A DNA stretch of 64,000 nt. Source: Spartobacteria bacterium (GTDB lineage Bacteria; Verrucomicrobiota; Verrucomicrobiia; Chthoniobacterales; UBA6821). Position 1 is the stretch's first letter, and the number at the start of each line of letters is the position of its first letter. The DNA is taken from positions 473 through 64,472 of the forward strand of contig CANIVT010000013.1 in the NCBI GenBank assembly GCA_947471565.1, given 5' to 3'. Under the pieces are notes generated by a model. It did no database searches, was not told where the DNA came from, and worked only from the letters and a program-made list of their open reading frames with translations. The translations under genes were made by a program, and so were the position numbers. Below, piece after piece: positions 17,518 to 26,971 of this stretch.

Positions 17518-18336
17518 TCAATGAGTAGCATTCTGGAAAATGGTGCATTGAGGCGGTGCCGTGGAGGCAACCGGCGTGACAAACCAAGGAAGCAGTTCCT
17601 TGACGACAAGATCATGGCCGGGGCGGTTGGGGTGGTTGGCCTGGGACATCAGGTCGTGGAGTTTTTTTCCCGACCGGGTCGCCTCTCGGAATGACGCAAG
17701 GCTGTCGACCAAGCCGACCCCGTGTTCACGGGCAAGCCGCCTCACCTGCTCCGCGTGCAGGACGAGAGGGTCATTCGGGTCGTCCAGATTCGCTTTTTCA
17801 TCGGGTGTGGGCGTCAGGAGCAACACCTTGACCCCCTGCTGCTTGGCGGCGGCAATCATCGATTTCCAGGCCGCTTCCGCCCTTTGCAGGCCGATGCGGC
17901 GGTCGTTCAGCGAGTAATCGATCGTCACCACGTCTGGATGAATAGCGAGCACATCCCGGGCAAAGCGTTTCGCGCCGCTTTCTGAATCCTCCCCTCCTTT
18001 TGCGGTGACGATGACATTGATGACCGCGTTGGGGTATTGTTCCTTGACCGCGCGGTGCAGGAGATACGGGTAGGCATTGAAGGTGTCCACTACCGGCGTC
18101 CTGAAATACCCGGAAGGAACGCTGTGCCCGTGGCAGACAATATTGATGGTCCGGTTCTTGGGCCATAGCAGGGTCATGGATTCACGCAGGTCCGCCAGAT
18201 AGGTCTCGGGAGCGGCCTGTGCGACCATGCCGCTGGCCTCTCTCCGGGCTTCCCCGGATGCAGCCCCGACGGGGATCACCGCAAGCATCCAGAGGCCGAG
18301 GATGGAGCAGTGGATGAGAGGATGGCTTGTCTTCAT
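17518..18336 (-). CDS. SGNH/GDSL-family hydrolase (putative carbohydrate esterase), secreted
   Basis: The start is trimmed to the ATG at 18336 ('MKTSHPLIHCSILGLWMLAVIPVGAA' signal). Block I-like motif is 'NIVCHGHSVPSGY', with 'TIDYSLND' and a C-terminal 'ANHPNRPGH'. The longer ORF-track version overlaps the upstream gene. Confidence 0.65.
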   Translation of the reverse strand: MKTSHPLIHCSILGLWMLAVIPVGAASGEARREASGMVAQAAPETYLADLRESMTLLWPKNRTINIVCHGHSVPSGYFRTPVVDTFNAYPYLLHRAVKEQYPNAVINVIVTAKGGEDSESGAKRFARDVLAIHPDVVTIDYSLNDRRIGLQRAEAAWKSMIAAAKQQGVKVLLLTPTPDEKANLDDPNDPLVLHAEQVRRLAREHGVGLVDSLASFREATRSGKKLHDLMSQANHPNRPGHDLVVKELLPWFVTPVASTAPPQCTIFQNATH

Positions 18337-18383
18337 GGGGATAGGATCCGATCGGGAAAGGTCCGTATTCAACGGGAAACCGT

Positions 18384-19361
18384 TCAAGGTGTGCATTTTC
18401 CGGAGGGATCGGACGTGTCCAGCAGATGCAGCCTCAGGGTCCACCGGCGGGTTTCCCCGGCTCCGATCACACCATGCCTTCCCGTTGCCACGGCCTCGGC
18501 GATGCTGTCGCACGGGGCATGGGAGGGCTCCAGCGCCACGTGATGAAATCCCCGGAATGCGCCGCGGGTGATCCAGATTCCAAGCCACGGCATCTCGCGG
18601 GGATCCCATGAGAATTCGAGTGCGGAGCCGTTCTCCCCCTGTAGGCGGGCCATGCCCCGGTCAAGCGGACCTGCAAAGACCTTGGCATAGGCCTCGCCCC
18701 CGAGATCAAGACGGTCAAGGGCAATGCCTCGATCCGCATCCGGCCAGGAGAGGGAGGCTCCCGGCATGACTCCGGGCATCCCCGAAACCGACTCCACGGT
18801 CACCGAGCGCACTTCTTCCGGAAGAACAATCCGATCACCGGGTCTGATCGCCAGGAGAGGATGGATCGCCCAGAGGAAGGGTTCGTTTCCCTCGCCGGTA
18901 TTGGTCAGGGAGTACCCGAGCGTCACCGTGGCACCCCCGAGGGAGAGGGAGCGCCGGAACAGGAACGGGGACCGGGGAAGCGATACCGCGGTGGTCAGGA
19001 TGCCCTGCTCCAGAGTCTCTTCCTCAAGGGTCCAGGGAAGGGACCAGACTTCCCCGTGATCGGGTAGGTCACGGTCGCCGAGTCGGCAGGCAGCGATCGT
19101 GGGGAGGCACTCGTCGGCGCCCGCAAAGGTTCCGTTGGTGAAATCCTCCCCCGATGCATTGGCAAAGAGCGCGTGACCCAGCGGTCGGTCCATCCACTCG
19201 CGTCCGGTGCGCAGATCCTTCAGGCTCAGGATCCTGGAACCCAACCTGGGAACGATCCTGACCTCGACCCCGGCACTGCGGAGTCCGACGACGGGGAATT
19301 CCCCCTCCATCTCGCGGATGACCTCGGTTGCGTCCATGGCGGGCTCCGGGGGGAAGGTCAA
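18384..19361 (-). CDS. Galactose-mutarotase-like (aldose 1-epimerase fold) protein
   Basis: 325 aa with the beta-sandwich-type pattern seen in aldose epimerase family proteins ('LPDHGEVWSLPW', 'FLWAIHPLL', 'HVALEP'). A TTG start at 19361 overlaps the upstream stop (TTGA); an alternative ATG lies at 19337. Confidence 0.5.
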   Translation of the reverse strand: MTFPPEPAMDATEVIREMEGEFPVVGLRSAGVEVRIVPRLGSRILSLKDLRTGREWMDRPLGHALFANASGEDFTNGTFAGADECLPTIAACRLGDRDLPDHGEVWSLPWTLEEETLEQGILTTAVSLPRSPFLFRRSLSLGGATVTLGYSLTNTGEGNEPFLWAIHPLLAIRPGDRIVLPEEVRSVTVESVSGMPGVMPGASLSWPDADRGIALDRLDLGGEAYAKVFAGPLDRGMARLQGENGSALEFSWDPREMPWLGIWITRGAFRGFHHVALEPSHAPCDSIAEAVATGRHGVIGAGETRRWTLRLHLLDTSDPSGKCTP

Positions 19362-22300
19362 CCCAGCAGGTCGTGGGCCTGCTCGTGGTTCGGGTCCCGC
19401 GAAAGAACAAGGGCCAGCAGCGTTGCCGCCTTTGTCTTGCGTCCCAAGCCCAGCAATGCCTGCCCCTCGAGGAAGAGGGCCGTGGTCTCCTGTCTTTCCT
19501 GGATATCCTCCTCAAAGAGCAGCATGGTGGGAAGGGAGGTGGCGAAGTAGTCGATGGTTGCCTTGGAGGCGCGCAGAAGTCGGGCATGGGCAAGAAGCCC
19601 CTCCAGCAGTTTCACGGCCTCCTTTCCACGCCGCAGCTTTTCCAGGGACAAGGCCGACCAATAGGTCATCTCTGAAAAGGCCCGGACGCTCATCTCCTGA
19701 AAATCGCCGCGGAAATTCGCGGCGAGGGTCCAATGTCTGCGCGCTCCCGCCTTGTCGCCGCAGGCTTCCATGGCAATACCAAGCCAATAGTGGATGTCGC
19801 TCTGGTTGGCCAGCAGGTGCTTCGCCTCGGCGAGATTGCGCGGGGCGCCGAGGGCGGCGCGGTAGAGGTCGCGGGCGGTTTCCGGATCTCCGGCCGCCAG
19901 GGCCCGGTGACCGAGCAGCAGATGCGTGCGGACGTGTTGGCCGAGGGCTTTCCCTTCACCCCCCTCCCATGGCTGGAATGTCCTGCCGGAAAGCACCTCG
20001 AGCGCTCTGGCGGGTGTGCCGGTCTGGTTGAAGAGGGAGCAGATCTCGACGGAGAGGTCGTCGCGGCTCTCGACGAGCGCACGGTGCTTCAGCAGTTCGG
20101 CAAGACGCTTTTTCGGTGGGATCCGGAGGCGTTTCCAGAGTTGGTCGCGCTCGTAAAGGAGACGGGCATCCTTGGGATCGGCGCGGAAGGCTTTTTCGTA
20201 CGCCTCCCTCGCTTTGGCCGGTTTGCGGAGCACGTTGTAATAGCCGATCCCGAGATTCCTCCACACGGTCGGGAATCGGGCGTCGAGCGCCGCGGCTCGC
20301 TCCCACATCCCGATGGCCTCCCGGTGACGGCGTCGGTCGTAGAAAAGGTTCCCGAGGTAGTAGGGGGCGCGGGGATCCTTGGGGTTGAGACGAACGGCGT
20401 TCCCAAGGATGGCGATCTCCTCGAGGCGGGCCGGAAAGCAGTAATCCGGAGTCTCCCGGGCCGCACGGCGCGCGGCGGCACGGGCCTTGACCTGATCGCC
20501 GAGCAGGCTGTGGATCCAGGCCTCGTAGTAGGCGACGAGCGGTGCCGTTCCGGAAAACTGCTCCGGAGTTGCGCCGCGCAGGATGCCCAGGGCATCCGTC
20601 GTCAGGCCGGAGCGCACCAGGTCGGTCACCAGGTCGAGGCGTGTCTGGGTGTCGCAGGAGATTGTTTCCCCGGCAAGGTGGCGGGACCACCAGTCGAGTG
20701 GATCGAGTTTCCGTGTCGCGATCAGCGCGGCACGGGCTTCTTCCGCACGGCCCAGGCAACGAAGGGCAACGACGCGGAGATTGCGCGCCCCGAGGTTGTC
20801 GGCATTGAGCCGGAGGGAACGCTCGAGATGGTCGAGCGCGGCGGTCCAGTCGCCGCGCGTGCAGTCGATCTCGGCAAGCGCGTGGAAGGAGGCCGCCTGC
20901 CACGGCTGGTTCCACGCCGCCTTGTAAAAGGCGGCGTAGGCCTCTTTGTCGCGGCCGAGGTGACGCAGGGTGCGCCCGAGGTTGTACAGGGGTTCGCCGT
21001 CGTAGGGGTTGGCGTTGCGGATGGTCAACCGGGTGATCGCCTTGCGGAAGCGCTCCTCGGCCTCGGCGAATTCGCCCCTCTCCAGATGATGGAGCCCCAG
21101 GGCATTGTTGCATCGGGAGTCACCCGGGTCGCGGCGCACCCCCTCCTCCCAGTAGGGAACGGGATCGCGCGTGGCGTGGCGGTATTGGCGCAGATGCAGG
21201 CCCGTGAGATACAGCTCCTCGTTGCCCGTGATCTCCGAGGGAGCGGGGGGCTCGGTGGCCGGATCAGGCACGGGCTTGGAAGCCCGCGGAACCGGATGCC
21301 ATGAGAGGATCGTCGAACCGTCGGAAGCCAGAACACGGAGTGTTGTTTTCCCTTCTTTCCAGGGACTCTTGCCCTGCGGGACCGAAGCGGTGAAGGGTCG
21401 GCCAGGAGCGAGGTCGACGGTCTTGGACCACGCCTTGCCGCCGCCGTCGTGCTCAAGACGGATGACGGCCTTGGCAAAGGGACGCGTGACGGCCACGCCG
21501 AGACGGAGCTCTTTGCCGGAGAAGGACAGGCTGACTGCGGCCTCGGTGTTGGCATGCGAGGCGGGGCCAATCTCCCGGATCGGATACCAGTGCTGGCTCC
21601 AGGTCTTGGTCTCGCCCGGCATGAGGAAGGCGAAGTCGGGCTGATTGTCCGTGTAGACCCCCGCCATGATCTCGATGTAGGGGGCGTATGCTCCGTTCGC
21701 TTCGGGATCGGTGAGGCTGCGGTCCCAGGCATAGCCGAACTCATGGTTGCCCCAGGTCCACTGCTTCTTGCCCGGGGAGATGTGATGGTTGGCGACGTGG
21801 ACCACCCCGGCGCGCGCGCGATGGTCGTAACCGCCGAAGAAATCCTCCTCCGACCCCATGCACATGTAGGAGGTGGGGACGGGGATGTTGGCGTAGTAGG
21901 AGAGGTCGTTGGCCCTGTAGGGAATCACGGTTTTCCCTCCGCTGGCGGCAGGGACGTACCGGGACGGGGTCTCCTCCTCGGGAACGCCCTTCCGGGCACG
22001 GGCCGCGTAATCGACACCGTAGTAGTGTCCCTCCGCCAGCGGGTAGGTGCTCATCGAGCGCCGCGCATGGTCTGCCACATAGGAGACGTCGGGCGGAAAG
22101 AAGCTCTGGTAGTCCTCGTGGACCCGGGTGGCCACGTTCGCCCACCAGAGGAATGTCTGGACGGATCCCGTCCGGTTGTGGGCGCGCACCTTCAGTTCCA
22201 CCACCGAACGCCCCGGATGGAGGCAGACACCGTGCATTCCCTTTATCCGCTGCATCGGGTCATGATCGGAGCACCAGACGGTCACCGCACCGTCCCCGTG

Positions 22301-22735
22301 GCGCTCGATTTCCGTGTCGACCGGCATGAAGGTCGCCGGGCGGTGGTGCTGAGGCCAGTTGAACTCCACCCCGCCGGAGATCCAGGGTCCGGCGAGGCCC
22401 ACGAGGGCCGGCTTGATCACTTCCTGGCGGTAAAAGAAGTCGTAGCCGTTGGTCTTGTCCCGCGCGGCATGGATTCTCCCCCCGATCTCCGGGAGGATCA
22501 TGACCTCCACGAACTCGTTCTCGAGGAAGATGGCCCGCCATGAACGATCCTTCTTCCCCTCGGCGATGCGGTCGTAAAAGGGGAGGGGATACACCCTGCC
22601 GCTGCTGCCCTGATAGACGCGCTTCTCGAGGAACATCGGGTTCCTGTCGGGAGGCAGCGGGTCGTGGGTCGGGATCACCACGCTTTCAGTGCGGACGGTG
22701 ACTCGGGTGGGGTTTGCGGGACTCATCTTGTTCAA
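19358..22735 (-). CDS. DUF5107-domain protein with a long TPR region (E. coli YphG-like architecture)
   Basis: 1,125 aa. The N-terminus 'FLEKRVYQGSSGRVYPLPFYDRI...EFVEVMILPEIGGRIHAARDKTNGYDFFYRQEVIKPALVGLAGPWISGGVEFNWPQHHRP' is as I recall for DUF5107. The C-terminal half has repeated TPR-like 'A..Y..A....P....A...LG' helices. The comparison with YphG is from memory and unverified. Confidence 0.6.
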   Translation of the reverse strand: MNKMSPANPTRVTVRTESVVIPTHDPLPPDRNPMFLEKRVYQGSSGRVYPLPFYDRIAEGKKDRSWRAIFLENEFVEVMILPEIGGRIHAARDKTNGYDFFYRQEVIKPALVGLAGPWISGGVEFNWPQHHRPATFMPVDTEIERHGDGAVTVWCSDHDPMQRIKGMHGVCLHPGRSVVELKVRAHNRTGSVQTFLWWANVATRVHEDYQSFFPPDVSYVADHARRSMSTYPLAEGHYYGVDYAARARKGVPEEETPSRYVPAASGGKTVIPYRANDLSYYANIPVPTSYMCMGSEEDFFGGYDHRARAGVVHVANHHISPGKKQWTWGNHEFGYAWDRSLTDPEANGAYAPYIEIMAGVYTDNQPDFAFLMPGETKTWSQHWYPIREIGPASHANTEAAVSLSFSGKELRLGVAVTRPFAKAVIRLEHDGGGKAWSKTVDLAPGRPFTASVPQGKSPWKEGKTTLRVLASDGSTILSWHPVPRASKPVPDPATEPPAPSEITGNEELYLTGLHLRQYRHATRDPVPYWEEGVRRDPGDSRCNNALGLHHLERGEFAEAEERFRKAITRLTIRNANPYDGEPLYNLGRTLRHLGRDKEAYAAFYKAAWNQPWQAASFHALAEIDCTRGDWTAALDHLERSLRLNADNLGARNLRVVALRCLGRAEEARAALIATRKLDPLDWWSRHLAGETISCDTQTRLDLVTDLVRSGLTTDALGILRGATPEQFSGTAPLVAYYEAWIHSLLGDQVKARAAARRAARETPDYCFPARLEEIAILGNAVRLNPKDPRAPYYLGNLFYDRRRHREAIGMWERAAALDARFPTVWRNLGIGYYNVLRKPAKAREAYEKAFRADPKDARLLYERDQLWKRLRIPPKKRLAELLKHRALVESRDDLSVEICSLFNQTGTPARALEVLSGRTFQPWEGGEGKALGQHVRTHLLLGHRALAAGDPETARDLYRAALGAPRNLAEAKHLLANQSDIHYWLGIAMEACGDKAGARRHWTLAANFRGDFQEMSVRAFSEMTYWSALSLEKLRRGKEAVKLLEGLLAHARLLRASKATIDYFATSLPTMLLFEEDIQERQETTALFLEGQALLGLGRKTKAATLLALVLSRDPNHEQAHDLLG

Positions 22736-22834
22736 TTCACCTCGGGTAGAGTAGTCCGCTCCCGCCCGGGGACAATCCCGATCCTCGGAAGGAAAAATCC
22801 ACCGTTTGCGATGAAATCGTGGTAGGAACGGGGG

Positions 22835-25123
22835 ATGATCACCCGACTTATCGCCCCGTTCCTGATCCTTTGCGCCTTGGTCCGGACCGCCGCGGCCCTT
22901 GTTCCCTCAAGCGGACCGAACGTCAACTGGCCATCGTTCATGGGACGTCAGGATCCCGTCTGGGAACGGATGCCTGCGGATTATTACGAGGGTCCCTTTG
23001 CGGGCAACGGTCTTCTCGGGGCCGTTCTCTACCGTGACGAGGTGGCAACCAACGCCCTCCACGTTGAGATCGGCCGCACCGATGTGTATGACCATCGCCC
23101 CGGCAGAACGGCCCACTACAAGTGCCGGCTTCCCATCGGTCATCTGCTGCTGACTCCTGCCGGAAAGATCACCGGTGCTCAATTCCGGACCGATCTCTGG
23201 AACGGAGAGATCACCGGCACCCTGGTCACCGACAAGGGGCGGATCCGTCTCCGCTGCTTCGTCCCTCCCGACGAAGGGGTGATCGCGATCACCTGGGGGG
23301 CGGAGGGAGGGGAAGGCAAAGCCGCCTTTTCGTTCGTCCCGGAGCAGGGGAATAGTCCGCGCCACATCGTCCAACCCAACCGTGACAAGGGATTCTCGTA
23401 TGATCCCAATCCTCCCTTCGAGGTATCGCATCGCGAGGGGATGGAGGTTTGCGTCCAACCGCTCAAGGCCGGCAGCGATTACGCCACGGCATGGAAGGAA
23501 AACCGTGACGGGGAGGAGCGGACGCTCCTGATTTCGGTGGCGAACAGGGGCACGGCGACCGGCTCCTCCGCCGATGCCGTGGCCGCGGTGAAGTCCGGAT
23601 TTGCCAAGGGCGTGCCCGCCATGGAAAAGGCCAACCGCGACTGGTGGCACGCGTTTTACCCGGCCAGTTTTGTCTCCGTTCCCGATCCCCGTCTCGAGAG
23701 CTTTTACTGGATCCAGCTCTACAAGATGGCCTCCGCCACGCGGGAGGGACGTCCGGTCGTCGACCTGATGGGTCCTTGGTTTCGCAAAAGTGTCTGGGCC
23801 GCCTATTGGCAGAACCTCAATGTCCAGCTCGCCTACTATTCCGCTCTCCCTTCCAATCACCCCGAACTCGCCGAGCCTCTCTGCCGTCTCCTCTGGGACC
23901 GTCGCGCCGACCTGATCGCCAACGTGCCCGAGGAGTATCGGGCCGATTCCGCCGCGCTCGGGAATCCGACGGGCTTCGGCGACCTGATCGCCCCTGCGCC
24001 GGGCCCCGTGCGGGAAAAGCTGGGCAACGGGTCCTATCATTTCATCGCGCTTCCGTGGCTGATGCAGCAGTTCCAGTTCCAGGCGCGCTTCACGGGGGAT
24101 GATGCCCGGATCCGCGATCAGATCCAGCCCCTGCTCAAGCGGACCGTGAACACTTACCTCCATCTGCTCGACCGCGATGCGAAAGGCACCTACCACATCC
24201 CGAACTCCTTCTCCGACGAGTATGGCGACGCGCCGGACGCGAATCTCAATCTTGCCCTGCTCCGATGGGGTCTCGTGACATTGCTCGAAAACGACCGTCG
24301 CCTGGGTCTCCATGATCCGGAGGCGACGCGGTGGAAGGAGGTTCTCGACCATCTCGCCGAGTATCCCGTCGATCCCAAGCAGGGGCTCCTGCTGGGGGCG
24401 GGCACCCCGTTCGCCAAACCGCACCGGCACTCAAGCCATCTTTTCGCGATTTTTCCGCTGTACGTGCTCAACGTCGACGATCATCCGGGACAGACCGGTA
24501 TGATGCGCCGCTCCATCGATCATTTCCTCTCCCTCCGCGGCGATGAGTGCATGTTCAAATTCACCGGGGCCGCTTCGCTTGATGCCGCGCTCGGAGACGG
24601 CAACGGGGCATTGAAGTGGCTGAACCGCTCGCTGGAACTTCAGGCCAAGGGCCCGACCGTCACGGCCAACACCCTCTACAGCGAGAACGGTTGGCCCACG
24701 TTCGAATCACCGATCTCCGCCCAGCGGGCGATTCTGGACATGCTGTTGCAAAGCTGGGGCGGGGTGCTGAGGATTTTTCCCGCCTGTCCTGATTCATGGA
24801 GCAACGTCTCGTACGACCGGTTGAGGGGTGAGGGTGGATTTCTGGTCTCCGCCGTCCGTGCCGGGGGAAAGACCCAATGGGTGGCGATCGAGAGCCTTGC
24901 CGGCGAGCCATGCCGCGTGCGGACCGGGATCGGAGGCAAGGTGGTGGCGGAGGGAATCGATCCCAAATCCGTGACTGATCTGGGCAACGGCATCACCCGG
25001 GTGGATCTTCCCAAAGGGGGAAGGGCCCTTCTCCGCGCGGAGAACGCGCACCCTCCCTTTGAGGTCACCCCGGTGCCTGAAAGCCTTGCGTCGGACCGGG
25101 TTCCCGCATGGGGATGTCGATAA
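22835..25123 (+). CDS. GH95-like (alpha/alpha)6 glycoside hydrolase, secreted
   Basis: 762 aa with a signal peptide 'LILCALVRTAAA'. The N-terminal 'FAGNGLLGAVLY' and central 'AAYWQNLNVQLAYYSA' resemble the GH95-type motifs 'LGNGRLGA' and 'NINxQMNYW'. The exact family is uncertain. Confidence 0.5.
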   Translation: MITRLIAPFLILCALVRTAAALVPSSGPNVNWPSFMGRQDPVWERMPADYYEGPFAGNGLLGAVLYRDEVATNALHVEIGRTDVYDHRPGRTAHYKCRLPIGHLLLTPAGKITGAQFRTDLWNGEITGTLVTDKGRIRLRCFVPPDEGVIAITWGAEGGEGKAAFSFVPEQGNSPRHIVQPNRDKGFSYDPNPPFEVSHREGMEVCVQPLKAGSDYATAWKENRDGEERTLLISVANRGTATGSSADAVAAVKSGFAKGVPAMEKANRDWWHAFYPASFVSVPDPRLESFYWIQLYKMASATREGRPVVDLMGPWFRKSVWAAYWQNLNVQLAYYSALPSNHPELAEPLCRLLWDRRADLIANVPEEYRADSAALGNPTGFGDLIAPAPGPVREKLGNGSYHFIALPWLMQQFQFQARFTGDDARIRDQIQPLLKRTVNTYLHLLDRDAKGTYHIPNSFSDEYGDAPDANLNLALLRWGLVTLLENDRRLGLHDPEATRWKEVLDHLAEYPVDPKQGLLLGAGTPFAKPHRHSSHLFAIFPLYVLNVDDHPGQTGMMRRSIDHFLSLRGDECMFKFTGAASLDAALGDGNGALKWLNRSLELQAKGPTVTANTLYSENGWPTFESPISAQRAILDMLLQSWGGVLRIFPACPDSWSNVSYDRLRGEGGFLVSAVRAGGKTQWVAIESLAGEPCRVRTGIGGKVVAEGIDPKSVTDLGNGITRVDLPKGGRALLRAENAHPPFEVTPVPESLASDRVPAWGCR

Positions 25124-25163
25124 GTCGGGGGCCGGTCCCGGGAAGCCGGGATGCGGCCGATGC

Positions 25164-26897
25164 TCAGGGATTGCCCGGTTCTTTCAGCGTGATGCGGTAG
25201 GTGATCGCATGGTGGCAGGGCAGGACTTTGGGGGGCTGGATGTGAAGCCCGTTGGTCTTTTGCTCCCAGACCACCTTCTCGTCGCTCCCGAGAAGGCGGA
25301 TCTCCGCGATCGGACGGTCGAGCAGGCCCGACCAGCCCAGGGACTTGCCCAGGGTCACGGCGCGGATCTCCTTGTCGGGTTCGCCGAGAACGATCACGTA
25401 GAGGGTTTTGCCCACCGTCGTGAAGCGGATGTCGCGGGCGGTGAATTCGAGCAGGTTACTGCCGCCGCCGCCGTTGGAGACCGGGGTCGGCCCCTCTCCG
25501 AAGGTTTTCCAGGGTCGGCTGCCGTAGATCGCCTCCCCGTTGATGGCGAGCCATTCGCCGAACTCCTCCAACAGCTTCCGTTGTTTTTCCGGCAGGGAGC
25601 CGTCTGGGGCGAGCGAGACGTTCAGCTGGTAGTTCCCGTTCTTGCTCACGACATCGGCCAGCGAATGGATGCATCCCCGGACACCGGCATTGAGTTCTTC
25701 GCCCGAGTAGAACCATGACTTCTGGAGGCTTTGCGAGGCCGACCATGGAAAGGGCATCATGCGGTCGCTCATGCCCGCCTCGTAATCCACCACGCCGGCC
25801 GTCTGGGGAGGGCAACTCTTGATGTTGAGCACCCATTGGTTGGTGCCGCCGTGGAGTTTGACGTCGGTGTTGTAGTAGTGGGCGTAGATTTTTTCGCCCA
25901 CCCCGTCCGGAAATGGCGGGACCCCGCCGTCGAAATAGATGAGATCCGGGTGGTATTTGTCGATCATCTCCTTGGTGCGAAGGAACAGGCGGTTGAGGAA
26001 TTCGGGGGTCCATTTCCCCTTCTCGTCGGTGAAGGGTCCGTAGAGGAGCCGTGGGTCGCGGTTTTCCCAGCAGGTTCCCTTGCCCTCCTCTTTCCATGTG
26101 CCCTTGCCGAAGGTCATTTTGCCGGTGAGGGGATCCCTCGAGACCCCGGTCAGCCTGGCTCCGTCGTAAGGCACGCCCTTGAGGGGGCCGTTCGTGTCGC
26201 ATTCCAGTGACTTCATGGGCAGATGCGACCACATCCGATGATCGCCCACGCCCATCCGCAGTCCGTGCTTGTCGCAGGCCTTGCGCCATTCGCCGATCAC
26301 ATCCCTCCGGATGCCCATATTCACCGAGTTCCAGGGCTGGTAGGTCGAATCGTAGAGGTCGAAGCTGTCATGGTGGCAGGCCACGGGGATCATGTAGCGG
26401 AAGCCCACTTTCCGGAAAAAGGAGGTGAGTGCATCGGGATCCCATTTCTCGCCCTTCCATCGGGCGATCATGTCCTTCCATCCGAAACGCGAGGGATGCC
26501 CGTATTTCGCGGCCATTTCGTCGTTTCTTCCCTGCACATACATCCAGTGAAAAGGCCATCCGTATTTGCCCTCGATCGAGCTCGGTCCCCAGTGCAGCCA
26601 GACGCCGATCTTGGCGTCACGGTACCAATCCGGGACCCGGTACGATTTCCAGCTGGGAGAGAGGAATTCCGGATCATACGGACCCTTTGCGATCTTCATC
26701 GGGGCCAGTTTCGCCGCCTGTCCACCGGTGTTGGAAAGGCTGGCGTCGACCATGTTGTCCGCGTCCCGTTGCAGTTGCTGTGCCTGATCGGCCGGTTTTT
26801 CGGTCGGGGTTTTGTTCCCTGAAGATGCAGGCGCTTGCGTCGTCAGGGCCAGCAGGGCCAGTGCAAGGAATACGAGGAGGGGTCTTGGATTTTTCAT
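25164..26897 (-). CDS. Alpha-L-fucosidase (GH29)
   Basis: The start is trimmed to the ATG at 26897 ('MKNPRPLLVFLALALLALT' signal). GH29-type motifs are 'AKIGVWLHWGPSS' and 'FRYMIPVACHHDSFDLYDSTYQPWNSV...RRDVIGEWRKACDKHGLRMGV'. Confidence 0.85.
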   Translation of the reverse strand: MKNPRPLLVFLALALLALTTQAPASSGNKTPTEKPADQAQQLQRDADNMVDASLSNTGGQAAKLAPMKIAKGPYDPEFLSPSWKSYRVPDWYRDAKIGVWLHWGPSSIEGKYGWPFHWMYVQGRNDEMAAKYGHPSRFGWKDMIARWKGEKWDPDALTSFFRKVGFRYMIPVACHHDSFDLYDSTYQPWNSVNMGIRRDVIGEWRKACDKHGLRMGVGDHRMWSHLPMKSLECDTNGPLKGVPYDGARLTGVSRDPLTGKMTFGKGTWKEEGKGTCWENRDPRLLYGPFTDEKGKWTPEFLNRLFLRTKEMIDKYHPDLIYFDGGVPPFPDGVGEKIYAHYYNTDVKLHGGTNQWVLNIKSCPPQTAGVVDYEAGMSDRMMPFPWSASQSLQKSWFYSGEELNAGVRGCIHSLADVVSKNGNYQLNVSLAPDGSLPEKQRKLLEEFGEWLAINGEAIYGSRPWKTFGEGPTPVSNGGGGSNLLEFTARDIRFTTVGKTLYVIVLGEPDKEIRAVTLGKSLGWSGLLDRPIAEIRLLGSDEKVVWEQKTNGLHIQPPKVLPCHHAITYRITLKEPGNP

Positions 26898-26971
26898 TGG
26901 CAAACGGCAGTGTACGGCGTGCCGGTGAGTTTTTGCACCCAAAAGAGGAACCGGCAGCACACCTTTCCTTC

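Noticed and set aside
19733-21304. Long antisense ORFs opposite well-supported genes (for example 19733..21304+, 22907..24430-, 27356..29134-, 34374..35618+, 43738..45087+, 46428..47162-, 56996..58375-, 59096..59995-)
   Set aside because: Each overlaps a gene with strong family motifs on the other strand. Their translations are Arg/Gly/Pro/Ala-rich with no recognisable domains, so they are GC-driven open frames.
25136-25151. Hairpin TCCCGG-gaag-CCGGGA between the convergent GH95-like and GH29 genes as a bidirectional terminator
   Set aside because: It has only a 6-bp stem and no flanking T/A tracts, so it is too weak to call.
26922-26937. Sigma-54-like element CCGGTGAGTTTTTGCA upstream of the heparinase-like gene
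   Set aside because: The spacing is GG-N9-GC rather than the required GG-N10-GC.
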